This document shows, piece after piece, positions 1 through 13,809 of a DNA stretch of 64,000 bases. Location: the NCBI RefSeq assembly GCF_006345805.1, contig NC_042998.1, forward strand, positions 143,716,001 through 143,780,000, given 5' to 3'. Position 1 is the first letter of the stretch, and each line of letters opens with the position of its first letter. Source of the DNA: Octopus sinensis (taxonomy: Eukaryota). The position numbers and the translations under genes are program-made. The notes below the pieces were generated by a model. It was given only the letters and a program-made list of their open reading frames with translations, searched no databases and had not been told where the DNA came from.

Positions 1-270
1 GAGAGAGTCATGATACCCACTGCAAGAATTGACTTGACCGAACGACTATAAATAGTAGCGGTCTCAGTGAAAAGCAGAGAAGGCGTTAATCGTAGTAAGT
101 CATAAGGTGTCGTTTTGGTAGTTTGTCGTAATATCGTTTGTTAGTTCGTGGAGAGTTCGTGGAGAGTTTGTTGGATCGTTACGTTGTCGTTACCCTGCTT
201 CGTTATATATTTTACTGTTACTACACGGTTAGGGTGTAAAAAAGTATCATCATAACAATTGGTGATACAA
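1..270 (+). mobile_element. Probable LTR 3' portion (LTR retrotransposon remnant)
   Basis: TATAAATA at ~47, U5-like GT-rich stretch, ends ...ATAACA followed by ATTGGTG (PBS-like TGG start). Confidence 0.3.
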
Positions 271-720
271 CACATATTATAACCGTCAAAAAATCAAATA
301 GTCTCCCTTGGCATGACAAACAAAATTTGCATCTCAAAGACTAGTGTTCTTCTTCTGAACAAAACAATACTTCCTTCCCGATCATTTGCTGACACTCTAC
401 AAAGATATATTCTATTAACATAGAGTTTTGCAATTACTCCACACCCAAAACCTCTAGGCTAGATCGAGAATAAAAAAAAATGGGGTTGCCTGACTTAAAA
501 ACCCCGAACGACTGGAAACATTTATCGTTGACTGTGAGAAAGAGATTCAGCATATCATTAGAACAATACGCCATGCATACATTGCCTGCAATATTGATAA
601 TAAAGGCAACCACTCCTTCACCTAGATTAGATTCTACATCCCATCCTGCTTTGAAACATTTGTTTTTGCTATCCAGGAATAGGTGATAGCTACTGATCAA
701 TAATAATTGCTGACAAAAAA
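270..720 (+). pseudogene. CR1/L2-like LINE ORF2 C-terminal remnant
   Basis: Frameshifted translation HILLTVKKSNSL..., KQYFLPDHLLTLYK, SLTV..RDSA resembles the post-RT region of CR1-group LINEs. Confidence 0.35.
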
Positions 721-1402
721 CATCGATTCTACCATAGCAGTGTAGAAGATATCGCTTACATCATCGCCAGTTTCTCAACACCTGAAAAGTAGTACCTTCG
801 TTTGAAACATGACCACATAATCTTGTTATTTACAATGTTGCCTCTCAGGAGGGATTGTCCTGAGAGTCATACCAGGAATTATAACAGAATCTAAAGGCAT
901 CTACAGCTTTAAATATTAGAAATACTGGTGGGACATACATTTAAAAACAACAATCTGCCGCAAATACAATATACCTGTAATTGTTCTATAGAACAGAACA
1001 CGAAAGTCATTCACTGTTTTTGTTGCAGAGATTAGTTGATCAACAGGTGTGAATGTCTCCACTAAGGTGGCGGCGAACTAATCTGGAACTTAGAACCATT
1101 TGTACGTGTTATCACAGGCATTCTTGTACCACAGGTACTTTTGTATCACAGGAACCCTTGTATCGCATCTGTACATGTGATTACTGATATACAGGACGGC
1201 TGACTGTTTAAGAAGTTCCCTCCACAATCGTGAGGTACCATGTTTAACACTTTGTGTCTGAGTTTGCTTGGTATCTTGTAGGTTAGATAGAAATGAGTTC
1301 TACCAGTCCTTAACACTTATATGATACTACGTACCGATAGCTGAAGTGGTCTGTGGCACATGTAGCTCAATGTAATCTAAGTTGATCTACGTTTAATATA
1401 TA

Positions 1403-2160
1403 GGGCTGTCAGATAAATACGCTCGTTTCATTCCAGTGTTGTTTGAATTAACGCGAAAAATTTATTTATCGTAGTCTTTTATGGTTATTACAGTTCTATT
1501 CTTCCCATACAACTTTTGTTTATCGTTTCTGAATTTTGAATATTTTTTTCCTTTTCAGATATATGTCGAATAGAGTGCCAAAGAAGAATAAAATGAATAT
1601 TTTCCACAGCTGCTTCTCTACGCTTTCAGTCAAGTTTCCAAAGTTGCCAAAGTCACTCGAGATATTTGTGCTGTGTACAGAAAAGGGGCTATTACTCAAA
1701 ACACTTCACAGAAATGGTTTTCATGCATTAAAGTGAAATTTGATCTCAGACACTGCGTTTCGGCCGACCTGCTCAGTTCAATGACGATCGATTGGACAAC
1801 CTTCTCAACAAAGGTCTTCGCTAATTCACTACTCAATTCGCCCAGCAGATGGGATGCTTTTATAATATCGTCACCTGTTCCCTTCACACGATGGATAAAG
1901 TCCAAAATCTCGGTGCATAAGTATCGCGAGCTCTGAACGAAGGTGACAAACTCCAGCGCTCCCCTACCGCCAAAAGTTTGCTCGCTCGACACCAGGTTTG
2001 TTGTGGAGATAAAGATTTATTTACAGCATTGTCACCGGTGATGAAAAATGGTGTCTTTACGTTAATATAAAATAGAGGAAGGAATGGTTGACTCCCGATA
2101 ATCAAGCATCACACCGAGCCAAGACAGACCTGTATCCATGCAAGACAATGCAGAGCTTTA
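1403..2160 (+). mobile_element. Degenerate mariner transposase 5' half
   Basis: TQNTSQKWF (HTH region), VTGDEKWCLYVNIK*RKEWLTP (first catalytic D), AKTDLYPCKTM; frameshifts and stops. Confidence 0.75.
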
Positions 2161-2299
2161 CGTTCTAAGAGTGCACACGCTCTACCTTTTACTATTTCTC
2201 AGTCTATGTTTCTGTCTCTGTCTGTCTGTTTGTCTGTCTTCTCTCTTTCTCCCTCTCTCTCCCCCTCTTTCTTTCTCTCTCGGTTTCTATCTATCTATT

Positions 2300-2340
<41 letters not shown>

Positions 2341-2570
2341 GTGTATATATACGATCAAAGTAGCTAGTTTTAAAATCTCTAAACGAGATATTAGTAACAA
2401 TACTAGACGGTAACTTTTTCTTGCCACTATACCATGGCTGTTTTGTAAAGAACTATATTACTACATTTTAACCCCAGGAAAACGTCTTTTCCAGCTGGTT
2501 AACGACACACAAACTGTGTCCGGTATATTGTGTGTAAAGGAGCAAATTACTCCCCTCCAGCTTGGCAAGA

Positions 2571-2615
2571 CCAGTAGACCATGGTTTCTGAATTTTTACC
2601 CTTCATCAGTACTGG
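2571..2615 (-). ncRNA. Type I hammerhead ribozyme
   Basis: rc: CCAGTA-CTGATGA-agggtaaaaattca-GAAA-CCATGG-TC-TACTGG; 6-bp stem I, palindromic stem III, GUC site. Confidence 0.85.
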
Positions 2616-3005
2616 ACATTTGCTTGCTAGAGATGGCATTCAATCGTCCCTACTCACAATATATAAACAGAGAGGCACCAGACAGCCGCTAGTCTCGTAA
2701 CGAGCGAAGTAGCTGGTTCTAAAATCTCGATGCCTTACTCAAAATATATCGGGCGCAGGTCGTGTGTCGTTAATCAGCTGGAAAAGACGTTTTCTTGAGG
2801 TTAAAATGTAGTAATATAGTGCTTTACAGAACAGCCATGGTATAGTGACAAAAGAAAAAAGCGTTACCGTCTAGTATTGCTGCAACTCGTTTAGAGATTT
2901 TAGAAGAGCTATTTTGCTCGTTACGAGATCAACGGCTGTTTGCCGCTTTTCTGCTTATATATTGCGAGTAGGGACGATTGAATGCCATCACTAGCAGGCA
3001 GGTGT

Positions 3006-3050
3006 CCTGTGCCGATGAAGGGTAAAGATCCAGAAACCATGGTCTACTGG
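3006..3050 (+). ncRNA. Type I hammerhead ribozyme (U4C variant, paralog of 2571-2615)
   Basis: CCTGTG-CCGATGA-agggtaaagatcca-GAAA-CCATGG-TC-TACTGG. Confidence 0.75.
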
Positions 3051-3351
3051 TTTTGCCAAGTTGGAGGGGAGTGATTCGCTCACTTACAATATATTGGACA
3101 CAGGTAGTGTGTCGTTAACCAGCTGGAAAAGACGTTTTCCTAGGGTTAAAATGTAGTAACATAGTTCTTTACAGAACAGCCATGATATAGTGGCAAGAAA
3201 AAGTTACCGCCTATATATATATATAAAAATATATATATACATATACATATACATATATATACATATATATATATGTATGTATGTATGTATTTATGTACGT
3301 ATGTATGTATGTGTGCGTGCGTACGTGTGTGTGTGTATGCGTATGTGTGTA

Positions 3352-3436
<85 letters not shown>

Positions 3437-3986
3437 ATTTTTGCAAGGAAAAATTTGACAGTGACCTGGAAGTTTCGGCATGCTCACCCCCATTGGACTA
3501 TCTGCTCAAAGAAACCAAACCGAAACTTGGGACTCAGAGTTGATGCTTTACTTGTAGAAACGAAAAATTTTTGAGTGGTACTTCGGCCTATTGTTAAATT
3601 GTTTTTAGTTATAATTTGACTTAAAAACAAACATTAATATTAGCTAGTGGAACAGGGGATAAACAATTTTTTAGAAACCACCTTGGGAGAGAAAAGTCGA
3701 AGGATGTGCGAGACACTTAAACTCCACTCCTTATTTTCTGTAAACATGAGAGACATATTACCATTATACCAAAGCAACCCTTCGAAATTTTTCTATCCTT
3801 TTTTAGAAGTTTACTTCTTAACAGCGACTATAGTATGTTGTTTACAGCATACGAATTTAGATCTCTATGTTTGCATGTATGCATGTATGTATGTATGTAT
3901 GTATGTATCTATCTATGTATGCATGCATGTATGTATGTATATATCTACATATATATATATATATATGCATTTATATAAATATATAA

Positions 3987-4020
<34 letters not shown>

Positions 4021-4335
4021 AATATATTTAGATCATTATATATATATATATATATATACATTTACATACATACATAGCAGTAATTTATAAATAACTTGTT
4101 TTATATATATATGTGTGTGTGTTGACATAAACAGATTGGCAATACGCACGCCTTGCATTGTATTTTGGAGACAACTGGAATTTCAACGAACCTCATGTTT
4201 TCCTGTGTTGCCATTTCTTTGATCACAAGAATCAGAGAAAAGTATCCACTTAAGAACCTAGACTGGATTGAAAAAGAGTTTATATCAAAGTACAGAGGAT
4301 CTCTTGTATTGACTAATATATAGGCATGCATATTT

Positions 4336-4867
<532 letters not shown>

Positions 4868-5327
4868 ATATATCTGTGTGCATGTCTGTATGCGTGTGCG
4901 TTTTAAACTGCTTTAAAAAGGCTTCTCGATCGGTTAAAGACTTACTGTTAGGCTGTTAATATAGCTGTTGGCCGCAAGACCTGTCTTACAGTGTTCTTTA
5001 ATCAATAGATATTCTATTATCTCATGCTTGTGTGGCAAATTGAGTTTACTTGCTTGATTTTCGGAATTCAAAGATACCAGTCAATTGGTAATTAGCTTCA
5101 TTGAAAGACAGCTAAAAGATGGCTGCCTTTCTGAATGGTAAATAGCGAGCGAAGTGAAGAAACAATATGATATGAAGGTATATCAGGAGAATAGGCTGGA
5201 CGGCTGAAAGGGAAATAACTGAGATTCAAGTCAACAGTTTGCCTTTACAAGCATGTGTATATGTGTGTGTATGTACAGACATGCACCTATGTGTATGTAG
5301 ACGTATGTTCATATATACATACATACA

Positions 5328-5362
<35 letters not shown>

Positions 5363-5452
5363 GAACATACATATATATATACATTGCCAACCCAATGTAT
5401 AAAAATAAGAAAATAGATATATATAAATTATTGGAATAATTAAAAAAAATAT

Positions 5453-5535
5453 ACAGTACTGTTTTTACTTCGTGGATTTTCACCTATCGCGGTGGGTTTT
5501 GGAACGTAACACCCGCGATAGTCGAGGGACTAATG
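5453..5535. mobile_element. Tigger/pogo-like terminal remnant
   Basis: CTATCGCGG...CCGCGATAG internal palindrome ending CGAGGGACTAATG, resembling pogo-type TIR ends. Confidence 0.4.
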
Positions 5536-6280
5536 CATTTGATTTTTGCAATTGGAGGTATTGTTGAAAATGTGTTTGAGGAAAGTTGTTAATAAGAGTA
5601 TGAGGATGTAAATAAAAATGCCAAAATAGCAGGAAAATAATAAAATTATATTTACCACTCACCAAATATTTCATACAGGTTTGATTATTGTTACTATGTA
5701 CTGAAAGTCGTAATCAATAAATTACTCGTTATTTTACATCACGGTGTTTTCTACTATAAATGCTCTACATAGTTTCACAATGTTCTACATGTGTATGAAT
5801 TCAAAACTACCTAAATATATGCTTATTTACAGACGGATACATGATCTAACAAACAAGATATGTTCATTTTCTAAATGCTTTGAAGGGACAGCAGGTTTAG
5901 TTTATACAAAAGCTGCGCATTTACAACATATTTGACACATTCTGTGCCAAAGTTAGAAATGTACATAATAAGCATCATTATTCATATTCTCTGCAAAAGT
6001 TCCTGAAGAACAATACTTCCTGTATAGACATAAGAAGGTACCAACATACCTTGGCCTTCTGAATTTTCAATCTATAATTTCAAATTATTTCCGTTTTTGT
6101 TCTGCTAAATCAAGAAATACATGCTTGAAGAGTAAAAGGGCTGACGTTGAATACATGATACCACTCAGTAAGTTGAATATAATAGGTAGTAGTGGAATAT
6201 ACGAAGTAGAATAATTAACAATGCAATAAGTGTAAATATAAATACATATAGCGTCTTAAATATAAACTGATGACAGAGCG

Positions 6281-6353
<73 letters not shown>

Positions 6354-6404
6354 TGAGAAAGAGAGTTATATGCATATGTAAGTATATATATATGTTTATA
6401 TATA

Positions 6405-7663
6405 TTGGGTTGTCCGGTAAGTTCGTGCCGATTTTTAAAGGAAACAAAAAGGCCAATAAATACTTGCCATTACATTTTTAATCAACCAACTATGAACCAT
6501 TTTGTTGCACAGTGTGTTTCCATCTTTCCTTTAACTTGAAAATACCCTCTTCCCAGAACTGAGGTGGTTTCATGGCAAATAATTCATCAAGGTATCTTTT
6601 TACGTCATCCAAGGAATTGAAATTGTTATCATTAAGACTATTCTGCAGAGACCTGAATAAGTGGAAATCCGAAGGAGCAATATCTTGTGAATTTGTAGGG
6701 TAGAGTAACACATCCCAGCCAAGCTGCAGCAATTTTTGTCTGGTTCCCAAAGAAACGTGCGGTCTTGCATTATCATGTTGGAAAACAACACCTTTCCTGT
6801 TGGCCAATTCTGGACGTTTCTCTTGAATTGCTGCTTTTAACTCGTCCAGTTGTGTGCAGTATTTCTCAGAATTAATTGTCTGGTTACTTGGGAGAGGCTC
6901 ATAGTACAGAATTCCTTTCCAATCCCACCAGACACAAAGCAAGACTTTTTTAGGGTGAAGACCCCATTATGGGGTGGCTAAGGGTGGCTCATGTCGCTTA
7001 CTCCCGGATCGCTTTCTGTGAACATTTCCATCTGTGATTTGCTTTAAAAAAGGCGCGTTTTCATTCTGTTTATAAAGCGAATCACAGATGGAAATGCGAT
7101 CAAAAAGGTTCTTCTCACTCAATTCGTGTGGTACCCAAACATCTTAGCGATTTGTGTACCCAAGCTTTACCAGGTGCTCATGAACGACGGATTTTGATAG
7201 GTTGAGGCTTTCTGCCAATTCTCGGGTTGTGCAATGTGGGTTATTCTCAATTAATGACTTGATTTGATCATCATCTGTAGTGGATGGTCTGCGTGATCAT
7301 TCTTTATCAATAAGGCTACAATCACCAGCTCGGAACCTTGCGAACCACTTCCGTACAGTTCTTTCGGACAAAGAAACATTACCGTAAACTGCGCATATTT
7401 CTTTGGTTGCTTGCGAGGCATTTTTTACTTTACTGAAAAAGAAAAGCATCAAGTGCCGAAAATGAACTTCTTATCTTCCATTTTAAAGGGTCACAGAATT
7501 AACACAGGTTATAAGAACATAAACCTTCTTCCATGAAAAGATAGCTTAAACTGTGCTCTATATGGAGGTGTAGTCAAATTCTATTTTATGGACTCAACCA
7601 TGTTCTAAAATAAGTCGAAAGGTAAGGCTACTATAAACTGGCACGAACTTTCCGGCAACCCAA
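6405..7663 (-). mobile_element. Full-length mariner (Tc1/mariner) element, ~1.26 kb
   Basis: Imperfect TIRs TTGGGTTGTCCGGTAAGTTCGTGCC / GGCACGAACTTTCCGGCAACCCAA with TA flanks; inserted in (TA)n. Confidence 0.95.
6490..7481 (-). pseudogene. Mariner D,D34D transposase, inactivated
   Basis: ATG at 7481; WVPHEL, WWDWKGILYYE, HDNARPH, SQDIAPSDFHLF; frameshifts and a deletion near the first catalytic D. Confidence 0.92.
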
Positions 7664-7669
7664 TATATA

Positions 7670-7735
<66 letters not shown>

Positions 7736-7749
7736 TCTTTTATTCTTTA

Positions 7750-7967
7750 TTTGTTCAGTCATTTGACTGCGGCCATGCTGGAGCACTACCTTTAGTCGGG
7801 CAAATCGGCCTCAAGGACTTATTCATTGTAAGCCTAGTACTTATTCTATCGGTCCCATTTGCCGCTAAGTTACGGGGACGTAAACACACCGGCATCGGTT
7901 GTCAAGCGATGTCGGGGGTACAAACATACACACAAACACACATACATACATGTATATATGTGTATAC

Positions 7968-8000
<33 letters not shown>

Positions 8001-8180
8001 ATATTATATATATATATATATACGACGAACTTCTTTCAGTTTCCGTCTATCAAATCCTCTCACAAGGCTTTGGTCGGCCCGAGGCTATAGTAGAAGACAC
8101 ATGTCCAAGGTGCAACGCAGTGGGACTGAACCCGGAACTATGTGATTGGTAAGCAAGCTACTTTACCACACAGCCACTCC
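7750..8180 (-). mobile_element. tRNA-derived SINE family A (internal microsatellite)
   Basis: Minus head GGAGTGGCTGTGTGGT (A box)...GGTTCAGTCCC (B box), central (TA)/(TG) tract, conserved 3' part ...CAGCATGGCCGCAGTCAAATGACTGAA; many copies in window. Confidence 0.9.
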
Positions 8181-8209
8181 TATATATGTAAATATATATG
8201 TATAAATAT

Positions 8210-8940
8210 ATATGTAAATATAAGAGAGTGACCACTATGTGGTCTACTCTAGCAATAAAAATAGATCCGCTGGTTTCAGCCACGAAGAATTGTCTCCGAT
8301 GAAAGTTAGCACAACTATTAGCGTAAACGAACAGGGCAAATAAAGAATAACAAAAATGCAGATTAATTCAGGACAACTGTTTCGCTATTAATAAATTATG
8401 TAATTTTACTCACATAACATATCTGTGACTCCTCGGCTGAATTTGTCTAGAATACAATTTACTCAATCGCATGCCAGATTTTACCATAACGATAAACACA
8501 CATGCGGTTCAGTCGATTGCATTCGCCGTTATAATTCAAGTGCCCCCGCCAAAGCCCGCCAAAATTCACGGAAACAGATACTACATCAAAAATTAGATGC
8601 AGTATAATTACAATCAACTAATAAAGGTGAGAAAATTGGATACTAATTGAATAGTACCATCAATTCAACACCAAGTGGCTTAGTGCATAAAAACCAGGAA
8701 TACAATAAATTTTATATGTAAATATAAGAGAGTGACCACTATGTGGTCTACTCTAGCACTAAAAATAGATCCGCTGGTTTCAGCCACGAAGAATTGTCTC
8801 CGATGAAAGTTAGCACAACTATTAGCGTAAACGAACAGGGCAAATAAAGAATAACAAAAATGCAGATTAATTCAGGACAAGATATGTTATGTGAGTAAAA
8901 TTACATAATTTATTAATAGCGAAACAATTGTCCTGAATTG
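8210..8940. mobile_element. Hammerhead-containing retrozyme/pLTR-like insertion, monomer ~504 nt, with short inverted plus-strand segment
   Basis: TAAGAGAGTGACCACTATG at 8221 and 8725 (~165-nt near-perfect direct repeat); 8881-8939 is the reverse complement of 8365-8423. Confidence 0.8.
8365..8443 (-). ncRNA. Type I hammerhead ribozyme with extended stem II
   Basis: rc: AATTCAG-CCGAGGA-(46 nt, hairpins)-GAAA-CAGTTG-TC-CTGAATT; 7-bp stem I; the inverted partial copy has perfect palindrome CAATTG. Confidence 0.75.
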
Positions 8941-8959
8941 ACCTTTCTAACCTCTTCTA

Positions 8960-10570
8960 GGCCACCGTTTAGCCAATCTTCCGGTCGGAAAAAATGTCGA
9001 GCGGCATATCTTCTGGCTGTTTTTATTCTGAGTTCCAATAATGCCTAGACCAATTTTGACTTTAATCCTTTCAAGGTCGATGAAATAAGTACCAGCTGAG
9101 CACCTGGGTTTCCAGAGATTACTTATTCAAACCCCAAATAATCCTTCACAACACATGGCTAATCAAACAACTGACAAGCAATTCTGTAGCCCATCTTTTA
9201 CACCAACACAAAACAGGCGCATGATAACTCTTTCAATAGGTTAAGGTCAGAAACCAATGGAGCCACTGCCTAGTACTGCATCAAAGCACTTATTATAACT
9301 ATTATCTTTATAAAGCCGGCGATCTGGCAGAATCGTTAGCACGCCGGGCGAAATACTTAGCTACATTTCATCCGTCTTTACGTTCAAATTTCCACCGAGG
9401 TTGATTTGCCTTTTGTACTTTCGGGGTTGATAAAATAAGTACCAGTTGAGTACTGGAGTCGATTTAATCGACTTAGTCCTTTTCTCAAAACTGCTGTCCT
9501 TGCACAAAAATTTAAAGCCGTTGTTATTATTATTATTAGTAGTAATAGTAGTAGTAGTTAAGGCGGTGAGCTGGCAGAAACGTTAGCACGCCGGGCGAAA
9601 TGCGTAGCCGTAAAATTCCGCCGAGGTCGACTTTACCTTTCATCCTTTCGGGGTCGATTAAATAAGTACCAGTTACGCACTTGGGTCGATGTAATCGACT
9701 TAATCCGTGTGTTTGTCCTTGTTTGTCCCCTCTGTGTTTAGCTCCTTGTGGGTAGTAAAGAAATAGGTATTTCGTCTGTCTTTACGTTCTGAGTTCAAAT
9801 TCTGCCGAGGTCGACTTTGCCTTTCATCCTTTCGGGGTCGCTAAATTAAGCACCAATTACGTACTAGGGTCGATGTAATTGACTTGATCCCTTTGTCTGT
9901 CCTTGTTTGTCCCCTCTATGTTTAGTCCCTTGTAGGCAATAAAGAAATAAGAAACGTTAGCACATCGGGCGAAATGCGTAGCCGTATTTCGTTTGTCGTT
10001 AGTTCTGAGTTCAAATTCCGCCGAGGTCGACTTTGCCTTTCATCCTTTCGGGGTCGATAAATTAAGTACCAGTTACACACTGGGGTCGATGTAATCGACT
10101 TAATCCTTTTGTCTGTACTTGTTTGTTCCCTCTATGTTTAGCCTCATGTGGGTAATAAAGAAATAAGAATCGTTAGCAAGCCTGGCGAAATGCTTAGCGG
10201 TATAGTTCAAATTCCACCGAGCTCGACTTTGCCTTTCATCCTTTCGGTGTCGACTAAATAAGTACCAGTTACGCACTGGGGTCGATGTAATCGACTCACC
10301 CCTTCCCTCCAAATTTCAAGCCTTGTGCCTATGGTAAAAAGGTCATTATTATCATTATTAGTTAAAAGGCGACGAGCTGGTAGAAACGTTAGCACGCCGG
10401 ACGAAATGCTTAGGCACATTTCGTCCGTCTTTATGTATCTGAGTTCAAATTACGCCGGGGTCGACTTTACCTTTCATCCTTTCGTGATCGATCAAAAAAG
10501 TACAAGTTGAACACTGAGGTCGATTACATCGACAGGCCCCTTTCCCAAAAATTTCAGGCCATGTGCCTAT
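8960..10570 (+). mobile_element. Cluster/tandem array of SINE family B (~7 copies)
   Basis: Repeated AAGGCGGCGAGCTGGCAGAAACGTTAGCACGCCGGGCGAAAT...GAGTTCAAATTCCGCCGAGGTCGACTTTGCCTTTCATCCTTTCGGGGTCGA...AAGTACCAG. Confidence 0.9.
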
Positions 10571-10923
10571 GATACAGAGAATTATTATTATCATTGCCAT
10601 TTTCTTTTTCTTCCTATAGTTATTTAATATTACGCAACGTAAGGCAGGAACTTCGATTTGACTGTGATAGAGAACGTTTATTTCTCTATAAAGTAGCATT
10701 TATTATATAAATTATGAACATAATAAAAACTAGGTGCTGGTGACGGTAGCAAAGAAGGGGAGAAGCGGAGGAGGAGGAAAAGGAAAAGGGGAAGGAAGAA
10801 ATGGAAGGGGAGGAGAGAAATAAGGAAAGGAAGACTAAACAAAAATTTTGAAAAATCACATGGCAAGCAAATATATCTTCTAAAAGGTGTGTGTTTGTAT
10901 GTATCAGAATATTGCTCAGCATT

Positions 10924-10957
<34 letters not shown>

Positions 10958-11192
10958 CATGTATGTATGTATGTATGTATGTATATATGTATGTATACAT
11001 ATACACACTATTCACACACACACGCATACACACACGCACGCACACTCATACACGTACGCACTCACACATACACAGACACGCACACACACACATATATATG
11101 CAGGTGCATGCACACATAATTGTGCTTGTGTCTCTGTATGAGTTAGTGCTACATGCAGTATATCTGTCTCTGTGAATGTATGTTTGTATGTG

Positions 11193-11233
<41 letters not shown>

Positions 11234-11435
11234 GTGTAGAATGTAGGTTTAACTAAATAATGAAGTAAAATTAAAGGAATATTTCTGGTGGTTTTATATT
11301 TTATTTTAAAATTATTTTTCACTTAGTGTGGCAACACACAAATACACAGTCTTTGTAGCCTTCACTTTTCTCAGCCTCTCTCTTTCTCTTTCTTCTTGTC
11401 CTCACATACATACATACTACGTACTGTATGTCGCA

Positions 11436-11486
<51 letters not shown>

Positions 11487-12099
11487 ACACACTAATACAT
11501 ACAAACACATCGGCTTATATTTTCTCTTCCATCGCACACTCGTCCCTCTGTCTTCCGCGCGCACACATATAGATTCAGTATTGTATGCAGTATAAACACA
11601 CACACACACACACACACATACGTTTACACATACACACTCGTGCATAACATGCACTCACACACGTTCACTATCTTTTACCATCCTTACACCACTCATCTAT
11701 ATATTACACACATATATATAGATACATTCACACATACATACACACACACCACACACACACACACCACACACACACACACATACACACCTTCATGCATATA
11801 TTCACATGTACATTCACACACACATATTAGACTGGTTAATCAAACGATGGACATACATATCTATATAAACACTGTCACAGGCAATCTCTTTGTCTTCCCC
11901 CTCCTTGCTGCTCTATCTTTTTCTCTCCTCCCTTCTCTCTTTTTTCACTCTCTCTGTCACTCTACGCAGACACACACACGCTCCCATGCATACACTATTA
12001 CAATTCCTTTCTTTTATTCCTCTCTGTCTATCGATCGATCTATCTTTCTGTCTGTCTACCAATCTATCTTTCAGTCTATCTACCTATCCACTCATTAGT

Positions 12100-12127
12100 C
12101 TGTCTATCTATCTATCTATCTACCTAC

Positions 12128-12211
<84 letters not shown>
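12100..12211. repeat. (TATC)n microsatellite, within an extended CA/CT low-complexity region 10920-13060
   Basis: Direct inspection. Confidence 0.95.
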
Positions 12212-12395
12212 AACGTACATATATATGCATGTACAAACGCATACTCCCACAATCTCTTTTTTCTTCATACAGTTTCTCTCTCTTTTTCTTCCGCTCTCTC
12301 TAGCACATACATACACAAACACACACACACATACACACACACACACACGCTACAAAATGTTTCCCTTCCTATCGTTTTCTTGACATATATAATCA

Positions 12396-12444
<49 letters not shown>

Positions 12445-13809
12445 TCACACTCTCTTTCTCTCTCTCTCCTTCATCTCTCTCTCTCTCACTCTCTTTCTCT
12501 CTCTCTCCTTCATCTCTCTCTCTCTCATTCCCCCTCTTTCCGTCTCCCCCTCATTTTCTTTCTGTATGATATATATCTATTTATAATATGCTTCTATTTA
12601 TAAGATATAAACTCACTAAACGCCCTTCCACACACAGAAACACTCACAAACGCGCACGCGCACACACTCACACACACACACTCACACACACACACACACA
12701 CGAGCACACATACACTCTCATTTACTCATACACACATACATTGTGACTTGCCCCTCCTCCTTTATCTACTCCCTTTTCTCTTCACTAATTCTCTCGTCCA
12801 CTGTTCACCTTCATTCATATACGTACACATACATAAACTCACACACTCTCCTTAAAATCATGCAAACCACACATTCTTTACCTCTGCCTCCTCCCCACAC
12901 TTACTCTGGCTTCTCCCTCTGCTTCTCTGTCTTCCCCCCACTCTCTCTCTCTTTCTGTTTTGCTTTCTACATTGCCACTTTATTTTTGTCTTCTTTTTCA
13001 TCTTCCTTTTTATTTCTTTTTCTTTTCCTTCTTTTTTCCCCTCCTTCTATCTCTCGGTTACTTTCCTCACACATATCAACACGTGACAATGTCCCAATGA
13101 TATTTACGATCACATTCTCTACATATTCAACTACGTTGATATATGAAGGTGTAACAAAGATGGCAGCCTGAAACATCGTCTGGAAAAAAAGAAAGAAACT
13201 AACAAAAAATAGAAAAACAAAAATCAAAAACAAAACACTGATAAATGCACAAAGAACAAGAAGAAAATGTTCCAAATAGTGCGGCTATTCTTAACTGAAG
13301 GAAAACTAGAGACTAATCACTAATCCAAAGGTCAGTCAGGTACATAAGTCCGCCAGTATAAAGTTACCTCTGTGTATATATGTGTATGTGTATGTATATA
13401 TATGTACGCGCCTGTGTGTTTGCGTTTGTGTGTGTCCGTGCGCGTAGATGTGTTTTTAAGTGTGGAAGAAATGAAATGTGATGTCTTATGTCGTAACGTA
13501 CAATAGAATGTTGACTCACCGCCAGCACTGCTTAAAGGCATGGGGTACTCAGTAGACACTGTGTCAGGGTATCTTACAGATCTAGGGACCTCATTACTAA
13601 TTGCTGTGGTTATGTGTGCAAGAGATCCCGATGCATTGCTATGCTCAGGGGCCGACGAACACTGTTCAATCGGTCCTAGTCACCTCGAAAGGTTTCGTCG
13701 TTAAGTTAATTTCTCAAAGGTAGGTCAGCTAAACGAAATCCATTTTGTAATCCACCCTCGGTCGTCTAGCTACAAAACATGAACAAAACAAAAAACTGTT
13801 TTCTGTTCT

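Larger units (their letters stand above)
2358..3210. mobile_element. Hammerhead-containing retrozyme/PLE pLTR-like insertion, head-to-head, monomer ~345-349 nt
   Basis: 2358-2728 is about one minus-strand unit (AAGTAGCT..AAAATCTC recurs at 2358 and 2707); 2762-3210 is ~1.3 plus-strand units (GTGTGTCGTTAA at 2762 and 3107); flanked by (TA)n. Confidence 0.8.

Noticed and set aside
8290-8340. Plus-strand CCGATGA within retrozyme 2 (possible ambisense ribozyme)
   Set aside because: No matching GAAA-stem III-NUH downstream
8960-10570. CRISPR-like appearance of regularly recurring motifs
   Set aside because: Eukaryotic SINE multimers; intervening sequences are homologous, not unique spacers
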